Origin: Endomicrobiales bacterium | GTDB taxonomy: Bacteria > Elusimicrobiota > Endomicrobiia > Endomicrobiales > JALOBY01 | Direction of reading: 5' to 3' | Assembly: GCA_963796955.1 (NCBI GenBank) | Contig: CAWCNJ010000006.1 | Coordinates: 32,001-96,000, forward strand | Length of the DNA: 64,000 nt | Shown here: in pieces, positions 28,260 through 38,465 of the stretch | How the letters are laid out: each line of letters starts with the position of its first letter | Numbering within the stretch: position 1 is the first letter of the stretch | The notes under the pieces: model-generated | The model's input: only the letters and a program-made list of their open reading frames with translations | Told to the model about the DNA's origin: nothing | Database searches by the model: none | Program-made: the position numbers and the translations under genes

Positions 28260-29420
28260 TTACTTCTGCTTTAAAAGGGAAAGCTGGGTGAGAGTCGTTT
28301 GCAAGGTTTGCTTGAACGCTTCCATTTCGGTTTTCGCTACGCTTTCGGAGGCTGGGAACTTCATGGCGAGATAATTAAAAAAATGGCCGTTCAACGAGAT
28401 GCGAAAATCAAGATGGGGGCCGGTGGCAAGGCCGGTCATGCCGACAAAACCGATCAGCTGGCCCTGTTGCACCCGGGCACCCCTGTGGATCCCGTGGGCG
28501 TAGCCGTTCAGGTGGCCATAGCAGGTATTGTAGCCGTTGGCGTGTTTCAGTTCTATGAAATTCCCAAAGCCGCCTTTTCTGCCGGCATACATGACCACGC
28601 CGCTGGCGACCGCTGAAACAGGCGTGCCTTTCGGGGCGGCGTAATCTATGCCCAGGTGCGGCCTGAAATATTTCAGCACAGGATGAAAGCGGCGCAGCGT
28701 GAAAAAAGAGCTGATGCGGCGGAACTGCAGCGGCGCGCGCAGGAAGGCTTTACGCAAGGACTCGCCTTCGGGTGTGTAATAATCGGTCTTGCCGGAAGGA
28801 TGAAGGAACAATACCGCGGTATGTTCATGGCCGGAGGCTATGTATTGGGCGCCGGTTATCGCGCCGTTCAGCGTCTGGCCGTCGTCGGCGACCTGTTGTT
28901 CCCATAGTATGCGGAATGTGTCGCCCGCGCGGGGCTCGGTCAGAAAGTCCACCTGCCAGGCAAAAATATCGGTAAAATTCATTATTACGTCAGGGGTTAT
29001 CCCGCGGGAAGCCATGCCTTCCCACAACGTGCCTTTTATGGTGCCCTGCGCTGAACGCACTACTGTTTTGAAAGGTTTTGTTTTCTTCCTGGCCGTGATC
29101 ATACTGTCGGTGGACTTTCTGACCTCATAAAAATCCATCTTGCTCTGATGATAGGTAAAGCGTTCCCAGTGGGACGCGGTGTCGGTTACCAGCTCATAGG
29201 CATCGCCGGCGCGGCAATAGCGGGGATCAAATACCGTGCTGAAGTGCTTAACGATCTCGGCGCTTTCGCCATTGCCGAGGCCGGTATTTTCCAGGCTCTC
29301 GCCAAGCGTTTCGCCGTTATCGAGCGTATAATGTTTGGATACCGTTGTCGGTGTTTCAGTTTTTTTATGGCAGGCGGTGCAGGCAAAAACGATAATGAAC
29401 AGCAGGGCAACTTTCTTCAT
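28260..29420 (-). CDS. M23 family murein DD-endopeptidase (MepM-like)
   Basis: HLGIDYAAP and TGPHLDF M23 motifs; N-terminal signal/lipobox-like segment. Confidence 0.9.
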   Translation of the reverse strand: MKKVALLFIIVFACTACHKKTETPTTVSKHYTLDNGETLGESLENTGLGNGESAEIVKHFSTVFDPRYCRAGDAYELVTDTASHWERFTYHQSKMDFYEVRKSTDSMITARKKTKPFKTVVRSAQGTIKGTLWEGMASRGITPDVIMNFTDIFAWQVDFLTEPRAGDTFRILWEQQVADDGQTLNGAITGAQYIASGHEHTAVLFLHPSGKTDYYTPEGESLRKAFLRAPLQFRRISSFFTLRRFHPVLKYFRPHLGIDYAAPKGTPVSAVASGVVMYAGRKGGFGNFIELKHANGYNTCYGHLNGYAHGIHRGARVQQGQLIGFVGMTGLATGPHLDFRISLNGHFFNYLAMKFPASESVAKTEMEAFKQTLQTTLTQLSLLKQK

Positions 29421-29514
29421 GCTCACGTATTGTATCATTTAAGCCCTATTTTGACAAACACCTTCGAGATTTGATAGCATTAACGTTCAATTGAAGCTAC
29501 TCTCAGGAGTCTAT

Positions 29515-30723
29515 ATGGCAACGATCCGTCCGTTCAACGGTGTGCGCTACAACGCTGGCGAAATAACCAAACTTATCTGCCCCCCCTATGACGTGATCTC
29601 TCCGGAGGAGAAGGTGCGCCTCAAGAAAAGATCACCGGCTAATATGGTTGCCATAGAGCTGTCCGATGCCTCCGGTGGACGGAACAAATATCAGAACGCG
29701 GCTGCCCTGTTCAAACAATGGCAGCACAAGGGCATTATGGTGGAAGACGGCATACCCTCATTCTATCTGTACGAACAGGCTTTTAACGATCACGGCAAAA
29801 AGGCCGTGCGCACCGGCTTCTTCGCTTCGCTGAAACTGGAGAACCCGCATACCGGCGCGGTAAAGCCCCACGAAAAAACACTGGCAAAACCAAAGGCCGA
29901 CCGTCTCAGCCTTTTACGCGCGGTCAAGGCGAACCTCAGTCCGATCTTCGGCCTGTTCGGCGACAAAAAAGCGGTTTTCGCCGGTATCAGCGCAAAGATC
30001 AAACGCACCGCCCCGGATGCCACGGCGAAAGACAGTGAAGGCACCGTTCATAAACTCTGGCGCCTGGAAGACGCTCCTCAATGCAAGGCGCTTATGAAAC
30101 TGCTTGCCGGCCAGAATGTTTTTATCGCCGACGGCCATCACCGCTATGAGACCGCCTGGAATTATGCGCAGGAAATGGCCAAAAAGAACGGTAAGCAGCC
30201 GGATGCCGAATATAATTACGTAATGACCTTTCTGTGCCCCATGCAGGATAAGGGTCTGGTGATCTGGCCCACGCACCGCGTAGCAGGAATGCCTTCGGGG
30301 CTTCAAGAAAATATAGCAAAGAACTTCAATATTCTAACTGAGTCAGATTTCAAGAAACTGTCTCAGAAGAACCCGCAGCCGCTTAAGTTGGTAATTAATG
30401 GCAAAGCTTCGACACTTACCGTTAAGAATAAGAACATCCTTACTAACGCCATGCCGGACAAATGCAGCGCGTACAGGGAACTGGGCGTAAGCATTTTGCA
30501 TTCCCTGCTTTTCGCGAATGTGGACCCGGCTTCCATAACGTACGTAAAAGATGAAAAAGAGGCTGTTGCGCTTGCTAAAAAAACATGCCGCATCGCGGTG
30601 ATAGTACCGCCCACGCCCATGAAGGCGATAGAAGATATCGCGCTTGCCGGCCAGGTAATGCCGCAAAAATCCACCTATTTTTTCCCGAAAGTTGCGACCG
30701 GCATAGTGATCCATAAGGTGTAA
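29515..30723 (+). CDS. DUF1015 family protein
   Basis: PPYDVIS, PHEKT, IADGHHRYET and MPQKSTYFFPK motifs; AGGAG RBS before ATG 29515. Confidence 0.88.
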   Translation: MATIRPFNGVRYNAGEITKLICPPYDVISPEEKVRLKKRSPANMVAIELSDASGGRNKYQNAAALFKQWQHKGIMVEDGIPSFYLYEQAFNDHGKKAVRTGFFASLKLENPHTGAVKPHEKTLAKPKADRLSLLRAVKANLSPIFGLFGDKKAVFAGISAKIKRTAPDATAKDSEGTVHKLWRLEDAPQCKALMKLLAGQNVFIADGHHRYETAWNYAQEMAKKNGKQPDAEYNYVMTFLCPMQDKGLVIWPTHRVAGMPSGLQENIAKNFNILTESDFKKLSQKNPQPLKLVINGKASTLTVKNKNILTNAMPDKCSAYRELGVSILHSLLFANVDPASITYVKDEKEAVALAKKTCRIAVIVPPTPMKAIEDIALAGQVMPQKSTYFFPKVATGIVIHKV

Positions 30724-31188
30724 ATGTATAACTCAGTAGATATTATTTGCGCCGCGGCCCTGTTGGTGCTGGGGCTGTTCGGGTACCACACGGGCGCTAT
30801 CGCCAGCGTATTTTATTTGATCAGCGGTTTTGCCGGTGTTTTCGTGGCGCAGAAGTTTTCCGCCACGCTGCACGTCCCCTTTGCCGTATTGTTCCTTGCC
30901 GTTACCCTGGGGCTGATCGCCTTCGGCATTTTCTCCCGGGCGATGGCGCGTTTATTCCTGCTGGGGTTTTTCGACCGGTTGGTCGGGTTCGGTATCGGTG
31001 TTGTGCTTGGCATTTTTTTACTTGCCGTTGTTCTTGCGCCCGGTGCAGAGAAATTTTCGCAGTCAGTAAAAGACAAAGTGCATGCGTCGTACGTATCAAA
31101 ACGGCTGCTGCCGCTGGTAATGGCAAAATTGCCGGGCTTGAAAGATGTGTCTGAAACCGTTTGTAAAACGGGGGGAATATGCAAGTAA
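30724..31188 (+). CDS. cvpA: CvpA (colicin V production) family membrane protein
   Basis: N-terminal D..GY..G pattern, four TM segments and DRLVGFGIG motif. Confidence 0.7.
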   Translation: MYNSVDIICAAALLVLGLFGYHTGAIASVFYLISGFAGVFVAQKFSATLHVPFAVLFLAVTLGLIAFGIFSRAMARLFLLGFFDRLVGFGIGVVLGIFLLAVVLAPGAEKFSQSVKDKVHASYVSKRLLPLVMAKLPGLKDVSETVCKTGGICK

Positions 31189-31721
31189 GGATAAAGAACA
31201 CTGCGCTGCAAATTAAACACGACGATCTGCTGAACGTGGCTTGCGATGTTATAGTCAACCCGGTAACACCCGATCTGTGGATGAAAAAAGGTCTTTCGGC
31301 CGCGATACTGGCCAGGGGCGGAGACCAGATAGCCAAAGAAGCGGCGGCATGCCACTATGTGGAATTCGGCGAGATCTGCAAAACCTCGGCGGGGCTGCTG
31401 CCGTTCAAGGCCATATACCACGCCTCCGTCATACCACACGACGCCCAGGTGAACCGCGAGGCTATTTCAAAAGCGGTCTCACGGTGTCTGCAGCAGGCGG
31501 AAAGCGACGGTTTTTTAAGTATCGCGATACCCATGTTGAGCTCCGCGATGGCCAAAGTGCCGTACGACACGTACGCGGGTATCATGCTGACGACCGGCAT
31601 TGAATATCTGATGCATGCCGAATCGAAGATAAACCATGTCATATTCTGTTCGTTTAACCCGGATTCGTATAACGCGTTCGTCGCCCAATTAAAAGTTTTG
31701 CGTCAGGAATACTTAATATAA
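31179..31721 (+). CDS. Macro domain protein (divergent)
   Basis: DVIVNP, AAILARGG, YHASV and SIAIP layout of a macrodomain. Confidence 0.75.
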   Translation: MQVRIKNTALQIKHDDLLNVACDVIVNPVTPDLWMKKGLSAAILARGGDQIAKEAAACHYVEFGEICKTSAGLLPFKAIYHASVIPHDAQVNREAISKAVSRCLQQAESDGFLSIAIPMLSSAMAKVPYDTYAGIMLTTGIEYLMHAESKINHVIFCSFNPDSYNAFVAQLKVLRQEYLI

Positions 31722-31730
31722 GAGGATGCC

Positions 31731-32603
31731 ATGAAAAAACTAAAGCTGGGTTTGCCTAAGGGAAGTTTGCAGGAATCTACGACGGAGTTGTTCCGCAAGG
31801 CGGGCATCAAGATATCTACGACCAGCCGCTCTTATTTTCCGGCCTGCGATGATGAAGAAGTCGAGATCATGATGGTGCGCAGCCAGGAAATGGCAAAATA
31901 CGTGGAAGACGGCGTGTTCGACGCGGGCCTTACCGGCCACGACTGGATCTGCGAGACCGGTGCGAAGGTGACCGAGGTCGCGGAACTGCTGTACGCGAAA
32001 AGCGGTTTTCGCCCGGTGCGCTGGGTGCTGGCCGTGCCGAACGATTCAAAGATACACGCCCTGAAAGACCTGAACGGCAAGCGCGTAGCGACGGAACTGA
32101 TCAACTACACGAAAAAATATCTCACCAAGAATAAAATTAAATGCGAAGTGGAATTTTCCTGGGGCGCGACGGAAGCCAAGGCGCCGCAGCTGGTGGACGC
32201 GATCGTGGAGCTGACTGAGACCGGTTCTTCCCTGCGGGCCAACAATCTGCGCATCGTGCAGGATGTGCTGGTATCCTCCACCCGCTTCATAGCCAACGGT
32301 GCCGCTATGAAAGACGCCTGGAAACGCCAGAAGATAGAGAATATCGCCATTTTGCTGAAAGGCGCCCTTGCCGCCGAAGGCATGGTGGGCATAAAGCTGA
32401 ACGTGGCGCAGAAAAATTTGACCGCGATCACCAAGCTGCTGCCGGCGCTGCGCAAGCCGACCATCTCCTCTCTCAGCGAGCCGGGCTGGGTAGCGCTTGA
32501 AGTTATCATGGAAGAAAAAACCGTCAAAAAACTGATACCGGCCCTGAAACGCGCCGGCGCCGAAGGCATCATAGAGTATCCGCTCAACAAAATAATATAC
32601 TAA
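31731..32603 (+). CDS. hisG: ATP phosphoribosyltransferase (long form)
   Basis: [23 protein letters not shown] and [12 protein letters not shown] motifs; C-terminal regulatory domain with PTIS. Confidence 0.96.
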   Translation: MKKLKLGLPKGSLQESTTELFRKAGIKISTTSRSYFPACDDEEVEIMMVRSQEMAKYVEDGVFDAGLTGHDWICETGAKVTEVAELLYAKSGFRPVRWVLAVPNDSKIHALKDLNGKRVATELINYTKKYLTKNKIKCEVEFSWGATEAKAPQLVDAIVELTETGSSLRANNLRIVQDVLVSSTRFIANGAAMKDAWKRQKIENIAILLKGALAAEGMVGIKLNVAQKNLTAITKLLPALRKPTISSLSEPGWVALEVIMEEKTVKKLIPALKRAGAEGIIEYPLNKIIY

Positions 32604-32615
32604 TAAGGCAGGCCA

Positions 32616-34097
32616 ATGACAGTTCGCGTAAGGTTCGCTCCATCACCGACGGGATATTTGCACATAGGCGGCGCCCGTACGGCGTTGTTTAACTGGCTTT
32701 TCGCGAGAAAAATGAAAGGTACTTTTATTTTGCGCATAGAAGATACCGATGAAGCGCGGTCAACCGAAGAATCCGTCAACGCGATACTGAGAAGCATGGA
32801 ATGGCTGAACCTTAACTGGGACGAAGGCCCCCAGACGCGCGAAGACCATTCGGTGAAAGGCAATTACGGACCGTATTTTCAGATGGTGCGTAAGGACCAG
32901 GGTATCTACCAGAAATATATCGATCAATTGCTTGCCTCGGGCAAAGCGTATAAATGTTACTGCACCACGGAAGAGCTGGACGCCATGCGTACCAGGCAGA
33001 CCGCTGCCAAGCAGAACCCGCGCTACGACGGCACATGCCGCTGCCTGGACGCTGAGCAGAGAGCCGCAAAAGAAGCCGCGGGCAAGACGGCAGTGATACG
33101 TTTCGCTATGCCCTCAGACGGCTCCGTGCACGTGGATGATATTATCCGCGGCCGCGTGACCTTTGAGAACGGCCAGCTGGATGATTTTGTACTGATGAAG
33201 CCCAACGGCGTGCCGACCTACAATTTTGCCTGCGTAATAGACGACCATCTTATGGAAATATCGCACGTGATCAGAGGCGACGACCATTTGTCCAACACGC
33301 CGCGCCAGGTGCACATTTACCACACGCTCGGCTGGGCCTTGCCGCAATTCGCGCACCTGTCCATGATCCTGGGCCCCGACGGAACGCGCCTTTCCAAGCG
33401 CCACGGCCACACCTCTGTTATGGAATACCGCAACGAAGGCTACCTGCCGGAAGCGCTGATAAATTATCTGGCCCTGCTTGGCTGGTCCACGGAAGACAGC
33501 CAGCAGCTGTTCGAACTTAACGATCTTATAGAAAAATTCTCACTGGAACGCTGCTCAAAAAGCCCGGCCGTTTTTGACCCCCAGAAGCTGCACTGGATGA
33601 ACGGCGAATATATCCGTAACCTGACCAATGAACAATTTATAAACCGCTTCAAATTCTGGCTGCGCCACGCACCGACGGAGTTCCCCTTCGCCGTCTGGGA
33701 CGAAAGCGTTATGGAAAAAGCCGTCGCCATGGAGCACGATAAAGCCAAAACCCTAAAGGATGTTCCCGGTTTAATTGACATCTTCTTGCTTGATAAGGTA
33801 GAATATGTTCCCGAAGCTGTAGAAAAAGTTTTCAAAGCCGCCAGCGCCAAAGACGTGCTGTTAAAAGTGGTGGAGCGCCTCCCGGCACAACAAGATTTTT
33901 CACCCGAAGCCCTGGAAGCCTTCGCAAGAGCCTTAGCCGTAGAAATGGGTGTGGGAAATGGCAAAATATTCCACCCGATAAGAGTAGCTATTTCCGGCCG
34001 TACCAATGGACCAAGCCTTTTTCATATGATGGAACTGATGGGACGCGAAACAGTAATGAAGCGCCTGAACGAAACATTAGAAAAGTTCTTTAAATAG
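32616..34097 (+). CDS. gltX: Glutamate--tRNA ligase
   Basis: RFAPSPTGYLHIGGAR, RIEDTD, LSKR and Zn-site CYC...C motifs. Confidence 0.97.
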   Translation: MTVRVRFAPSPTGYLHIGGARTALFNWLFARKMKGTFILRIEDTDEARSTEESVNAILRSMEWLNLNWDEGPQTREDHSVKGNYGPYFQMVRKDQGIYQKYIDQLLASGKAYKCYCTTEELDAMRTRQTAAKQNPRYDGTCRCLDAEQRAAKEAAGKTAVIRFAMPSDGSVHVDDIIRGRVTFENGQLDDFVLMKPNGVPTYNFACVIDDHLMEISHVIRGDDHLSNTPRQVHIYHTLGWALPQFAHLSMILGPDGTRLSKRHGHTSVMEYRNEGYLPEALINYLALLGWSTEDSQQLFELNDLIEKFSLERCSKSPAVFDPQKLHWMNGEYIRNLTNEQFINRFKFWLRHAPTEFPFAVWDESVMEKAVAMEHDKAKTLKDVPGLIDIFLLDKVEYVPEAVEKVFKAASAKDVLLKVVERLPAQQDFSPEALEAFARALAVEMGVGNGKIFHPIRVAISGRTNGPSLFHMMELMGRETVMKRLNETLEKFFK

Positions 34098-34219
34098 AAA
34101 TATTCCGTTGAAGTTAGAAGTAGAAGTAAGAAGTTATGCGGCCGCGAAGCCAGCCGCGACGTTGTTGTTGAGGTTAGATGTATTTGTTCATAGCGAAAAA
34201 GTATCTGTTTTATATTAAG

Positions 34220-34320
34220 TTGAGTAGCCCCGTGGCCCGCAGTCCGAGGAATAACGAGGACGAGTCTTGCGGGGGGCGCGAGTCGGTGAGCGCCCTGGCA
34301 CCACTGGCTGGCAAGCTCAA
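34220..34320 (+). repeat. Structured palindromic element upstream of tRNA-Gln
   Basis: TTGAG/CTCAA ends, CCCGCA/TGCGGG stem enclosing GTCCGA...CGAGTC, GGGCGC/GCGCCC hairpin. Confidence 0.4.
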
Positions 34321-34347
34321 TGGGTTGTTATAGATTGCAGTTTCGCT

Positions 34348-34421
34348 TGCCCCGTGGTGTAACGGTAACACAATCGCCTCTGGAGCGGTCATTCATGGTT
34401 CGAATCCATGCGGGGCAGCCA
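34348..34421 (+). tRNA. tRNA-Gln (anticodon CUG)
   Basis: Acceptor TGCCCCG/CGGGGCA, anticodon arm ATCGC-CT-CTG-GA-GCGGT, T-loop GGTTCGAATCC, encoded CCA. Confidence 0.96.
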
Positions 34422-34580
34422 GTTTTTCCAGAAAAAGACCGACCATAAAGAATTCCGAAGCTCGAAGTCCGCACCAGCGGCCTCCGGGCTTTTTTTGTCT
34501 CAAAATTACATGCAACTAATCGCTGCATTATATGGTCTAATATATAAGGCCGAGACCGTGACATCCGGCATTGAGGGAAC

Positions 34581-37500
34581 ATGCAACTGCTTCACGAACT
34601 TTTTGAAAAAAGCGCGGATCTATATCCTGATAAGATAGCTGTTCAAAGCGGCGACCGGGTTTTCACCTATGGAACTATAGAACAAAATGCCAACAGGCTT
34701 GCCCATGTTTTTCAAGAGCATGGCGCAAAGCCTGAAAGCCTTGTCGCCATACTTTTACCAAGGAGCGAATGGCTTTATTGCTCCATGCTGGCAACCCTTA
34801 AAGCGGGCGCCGCCTACCTGCCCCTTGACCCTGAAACCCCGCCGGAGAGAATTAACTATATCCTTGAAGATGCTAACGTCACATTCGTTATTACAACTAA
34901 CGAACTTGCCGCCAAAGTTCATAAAACTAAAGTCTTATATTTAGAAAAAGTAATGGCTGAGCTCTCATCATTGCCCGCCTTGCGGCTGTTTCCCGCTAAG
35001 ACCGGCGTTGATCCCGAAAATCTCTGTTATGTGATATACACCTCCGGAACCACTGGCCGCCCTAAAGGCGCAATGGTAGAGCATAGGAACGTGGTAAGCC
35101 TTGTCCAGGCGGAGTGCGGCCTCTACGGGATAAAACAGGAGGACAGGGTATTTCAGTTCGCTTCGCCCGCCTTTGATGCCTCAGTTGAAGAGATCTGGAT
35201 GGCCTTTGCCAACGGCGCTGCATTGATAGCCGGCACCCCGGATATCATCAGGTCCGGCCCCGATTTTTCCAAACATCTTGAATGCCTTGGCGTTACAGTC
35301 CTCTCCTGCGTGCCTACCTTTATAGCGATGCTGGATAAGGATATCTCAACCCTGCGCCTGCTCATTTTTGGCGGCGAGGAATGCCCGCCCGCGTTAGCGG
35401 CCCGCTGGTTTAAACCTGGCAGAAAGGTTTTTAACACATACGGCCCGACAGAAGGAACGGTTATTACAACAGCGGCCTTGCTTGAAAGCATTAAACCCGT
35501 TAATATCGGCCAGCCTATTGCCGGATACAAAGTCTATATTCTGGACGTATTGGGAAATCAACTTCCTCAGGGCGAAGCGGGCGAGCTTTGTATAGCGGGC
35601 ACCGGCGTTGTGCGCGGCTATCTGGGCCAGCCTGAGCTCACCGCAAAAAAATTCACCACAATTATGAATGCCGATGGGATCCGCGAGCGGATCTATCACT
35701 CGGGCGATAAGGCGAGATATTTGCCGGATGGCAACCTTGAATTCCTCGGCAGGCTGGATGATCAGGTTAAAGTCCGTGGCTACCGCATCGAGCGCGGCGA
35801 GGTCGAGGCTGTTTTGGCAGAGGTACCGCAGATCCAGGCGGCCGCGGTGGATGTTTTTAAAGCGACCGACCAGTTGGCGGCCTGGGTTGTTCTGTGCCCG
35901 GGGCAAATTCTTGACCGTAAAATGGTACGGGAATATCTTTCCAAAAAACTTCCTGATTACATGATCCCCGCATTCCTTGAGCAGATCGATACGTTGCCGT
36001 TAACCACCTCAGGTAAGATCGACCGGGCCCGTTTGCCGGCTCCCAAAATAGCTATGGGAGAACATAAGCGCGATTATATCGCACCGTGCACCGAAGCGGA
36101 AAAAGCCATCGCTTCTGTCTGGCAGAAAGTATTAAAACGCCCCGCTATTTCGATCACCGATGATTTTTTCCTCGATCTGGACGGCCACTCTTTGCTCGCC
36201 GCGATGATAGTGTCTCAGCTGCGCCAAAATGAAGCATTCTCCCATGTTTCGGTTGGCGATATGTATAATGCCCCCACGGTGGAAAAACTGTCGGGCCTTC
36301 TAGAGAAAAAGAAAGATACTGATAAAAAGGTTTCAAACAAAACCGATAACTTCCGGCCGGTTTCCCGTTCAGCGTATATACTATGCACGGTCGCACAGGC
36401 CTTTGGGGTATTGTTTTTATGCGGCATCAACATCGCGCAATGGTTAGGCGCTTTCTTAACCTATGGCTATCTGGCTGTGGCAGATTACCCTGTTAAAATC
36501 TGTTTGATCGTTGCCACCATAGTTTTGCTGCTTATAACCCCCGCGACACTGTTCCTTTCAGTAATTTTAAAATGGCTCCTGCTCGGCAAAATAAAGCCTG
36601 GAAAATATCCGCTGTGGGGTTGGTTCTATTTCCGTTATTGGCTTGTGCGCTCGATAGTCCGGGCCGTGCCCGTGCATTATCTTGACGGCACCCCGTATCT
36701 CAATGTATATTATCGCCTCATGGGTGCCAGGATCGGCAAGCATGTTTTCATCGCCTCGCACGGCCTGGCTTCTTTTGATCTTTTAACCGTTGGTGACGGC
36801 TCCAGCATCGGCCTTAACAGCTCGGTGGATGGTGTTTCTGTTTACAACGGTATGCTTCATTTAGCCCCGGTAACTATCGGCGCGCGCTGTTACGTAGGTA
36901 ATCGCAGCGTGCTCGGCGGCGATAACGTTATGGAAGACGGCTCAAGCCTTGGCGACCTTTCCGTCCTCGCCGCCGGCGAGCGGATAACTGAGGGAAAAGT
37001 ATGGAACGGCTCGCCGGCCGAGCCCACCGGCACAAGAAAACTTGAACCGTTTGCGAAACCATGGACTATGTGGTCGTGGGCTATATACAGTTTCGGCATA
37101 TTTCTTTTCCCGTTAGTGATCACCGCGGCGGTAATGCCGGGCATAATGGTAATAACCGAGCTTGGCCACGCGGCGGAGGGTTATGCCTTCCTGCTTGCCG
37201 CGCCTTTGATAGCGGTTTCATTCGTTATTTTCCTCAGCTTGGAGTTGTGGCTTTGCAAATGGCTGATAGTAGGCCGGCTTAAGCCCGGGCGCTACCCGAT
37301 CAAGAGTTTCTGGTATATAAAAACCTGGTTCTTCAACCAGCTTATGACCATGAGCACCGATGTTACAGAGTCATTATACGAAACACTGTACGCCGCCCCC
37401 TGGTTACGCTCACTGGGCGCCAGGATAGGCAAACGCGTAGAGATAGCCGCCGTAGAACTTATTCAGCCCGATCTGCTGATCCTCGGCGAAGAAAGCATGA

Positions 37501-38462
37501 TAGCCGACCTTGCGCTCATAGGCGCGCCGGAAGTTAACGACGGCTGGGCAACCATTGCTGAGGTTAAAACAGGGAAGCGGGTTTTCCTTGGCAACAGCGC
37601 CGTTATCCCATCCGGCACAGTACTTGAAGATAACGTTCTTATCGGTTTAATGTCCAAGCCGCCCGATAACGCGGGAAAACCCGTAGCAGCCGCCACCAGC
37701 TGGTTCGGCTCACCCGCCATAGCCATGCCCCAGCGTTATAAGAGCGGTGATTTTCAGGAATCAGTTACATACCATCCCTCAGGCAAGCTTATAGCCATGA
37801 GAATGTCCATTGAGCTCTTCCGCATATTTTTACCTTCGACAATATTTATTGTTCTTGCCTCCCTTATCATCACCGCGACCGATATTCTGCAGGATTACAT
37901 CCATTTCCACCATTGGTTATTGCTGCTGCCCTTTCTGTACGCGATCGCCGGCATTTTGGGCATCGGTATAACGGTAATGCTTAAATGGCTCATAGCTGGA
38001 CGTTATAAACCTCAAGAAAGGCCGCTCTGGAGCCCGTTCGTCTGGCGCAACGATCTTATCAACGCCGTATACTCTAATTTTTGCGAACACTTTTTCCTGA
38101 CCATGCTGCGCGGCACACCCTTTATCTCCTGGGCTCTGCGCCTTTTCGGCATGCGCATAGGCAAGCGATGCTACATAGATTCCACCTGGTACACAGAATT
38201 TGACCTTATCGATATCGGCGATGACGTCGCATTGAACGAGAATGCCAACCTGCAGACCCATTTATTCGAGGACAGGATCATCAAAATGGGCCCCGTATCC
38301 ATCGCCTCCCAAACAAGCGTAGGCAGCATGTCCACGGTCCTCTATAATTGCAAAATGGATGAAGGCAGCATCCTCGACGACCTGTCCCTGATGATGAAAG
38401 GCGAAGTTTTACCAGCCAACACCCGCTGGCAGGGCATACCGGCGCAGTCGTCCAAAGAGTAA
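34581..38462 (+). CDS. Pls/PosA-family NRPS-like synthetase (A-T plus three TM/hexapeptide-repeat units, no C or TE domain)
   Basis: A-domain YTSGTTGRPKG, NTYGPTE and SGKIDR; T-domain DGHSL; three repeats of TM pair + GARIGK + beta-helix; LQTHLFEDR C-terminal motif. Confidence 0.9.
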   Translation: MQLLHELFEKSADLYPDKIAVQSGDRVFTYGTIEQNANRLAHVFQEHGAKPESLVAILLPRSEWLYCSMLATLKAGAAYLPLDPETPPERINYILEDANVTFVITTNELAAKVHKTKVLYLEKVMAELSSLPALRLFPAKTGVDPENLCYVIYTSGTTGRPKGAMVEHRNVVSLVQAECGLYGIKQEDRVFQFASPAFDASVEEIWMAFANGAALIAGTPDIIRSGPDFSKHLECLGVTVLSCVPTFIAMLDKDISTLRLLIFGGEECPPALAARWFKPGRKVFNTYGPTEGTVITTAALLESIKPVNIGQPIAGYKVYILDVLGNQLPQGEAGELCIAGTGVVRGYLGQPELTAKKFTTIMNADGIRERIYHSGDKARYLPDGNLEFLGRLDDQVKVRGYRIERGEVEAVLAEVPQIQAAAVDVFKATDQLAAWVVLCPGQILDRKMVREYLSKKLPDYMIPAFLEQIDTLPLTTSGKIDRARLPAPKIAMGEHKRDYIAPCTEAEKAIASVWQKVLKRPAISITDDFFLDLDGHSLLAAMIVSQLRQNEAFSHVSVGDMYNAPTVEKLSGLLEKKKDTDKKVSNKTDNFRPVSRSAYILCTVAQAFGVLFLCGINIAQWLGAFLTYGYLAVADYPVKICLIVATIVLLLITPATLFLSVILKWLLLGKIKPGKYPLWGWFYFRYWLVRSIVRAVPVHYLDGTPYLNVYYRLMGARIGKHVFIASHGLASFDLLTVGDGSSIGLNSSVDGVSVYNGMLHLAPVTIGARCYVGNRSVLGGDNVMEDGSSLGDLSVLAAGERITEGKVWNGSPAEPTGTRKLEPFAKPWTMWSWAIYSFGIFLFPLVITAAVMPGIMVITELGHAAEGYAFLLAAPLIAVSFVIFLSLELWLCKWLIVGRLKPGRYPIKSFWYIKTWFFNQLMTMSTDVTESLYETLYAAPWLRSLGARIGKRVEIAAVELIQPDLLILGEESMIADLALIGAPEVNDGWATIAEVKTGKRVFLGNSAVIPSGTVLEDNVLIGLMSKPPDNAGKPVAAATSWFGSPAIAMPQRYKSGDFQESVTYHPSGKLIAMRMSIELFRIFLPSTIFIVLASLIITATDILQDYIHFHHWLLLLPFLYAIAGILGIGITVMLKWLIAGRYKPQERPLWSPFVWRNDLINAVYSNFCEHFFLTMLRGTPFISWALRLFGMRIGKRCYIDSTWYTEFDLIDIGDDVALNENANLQTHLFEDRIIKMGPVSIASQTSVGSMSTVLYNCKMDEGSILDDLSLMMKGEVLPANTRWQGIPAQSSKE

Positions 38463-38465
38463 GCA

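Noticed and set aside
34111..34135. AGAAGT-like short repeats after gltX
   Set aside because: Too short and degenerate to support a function.
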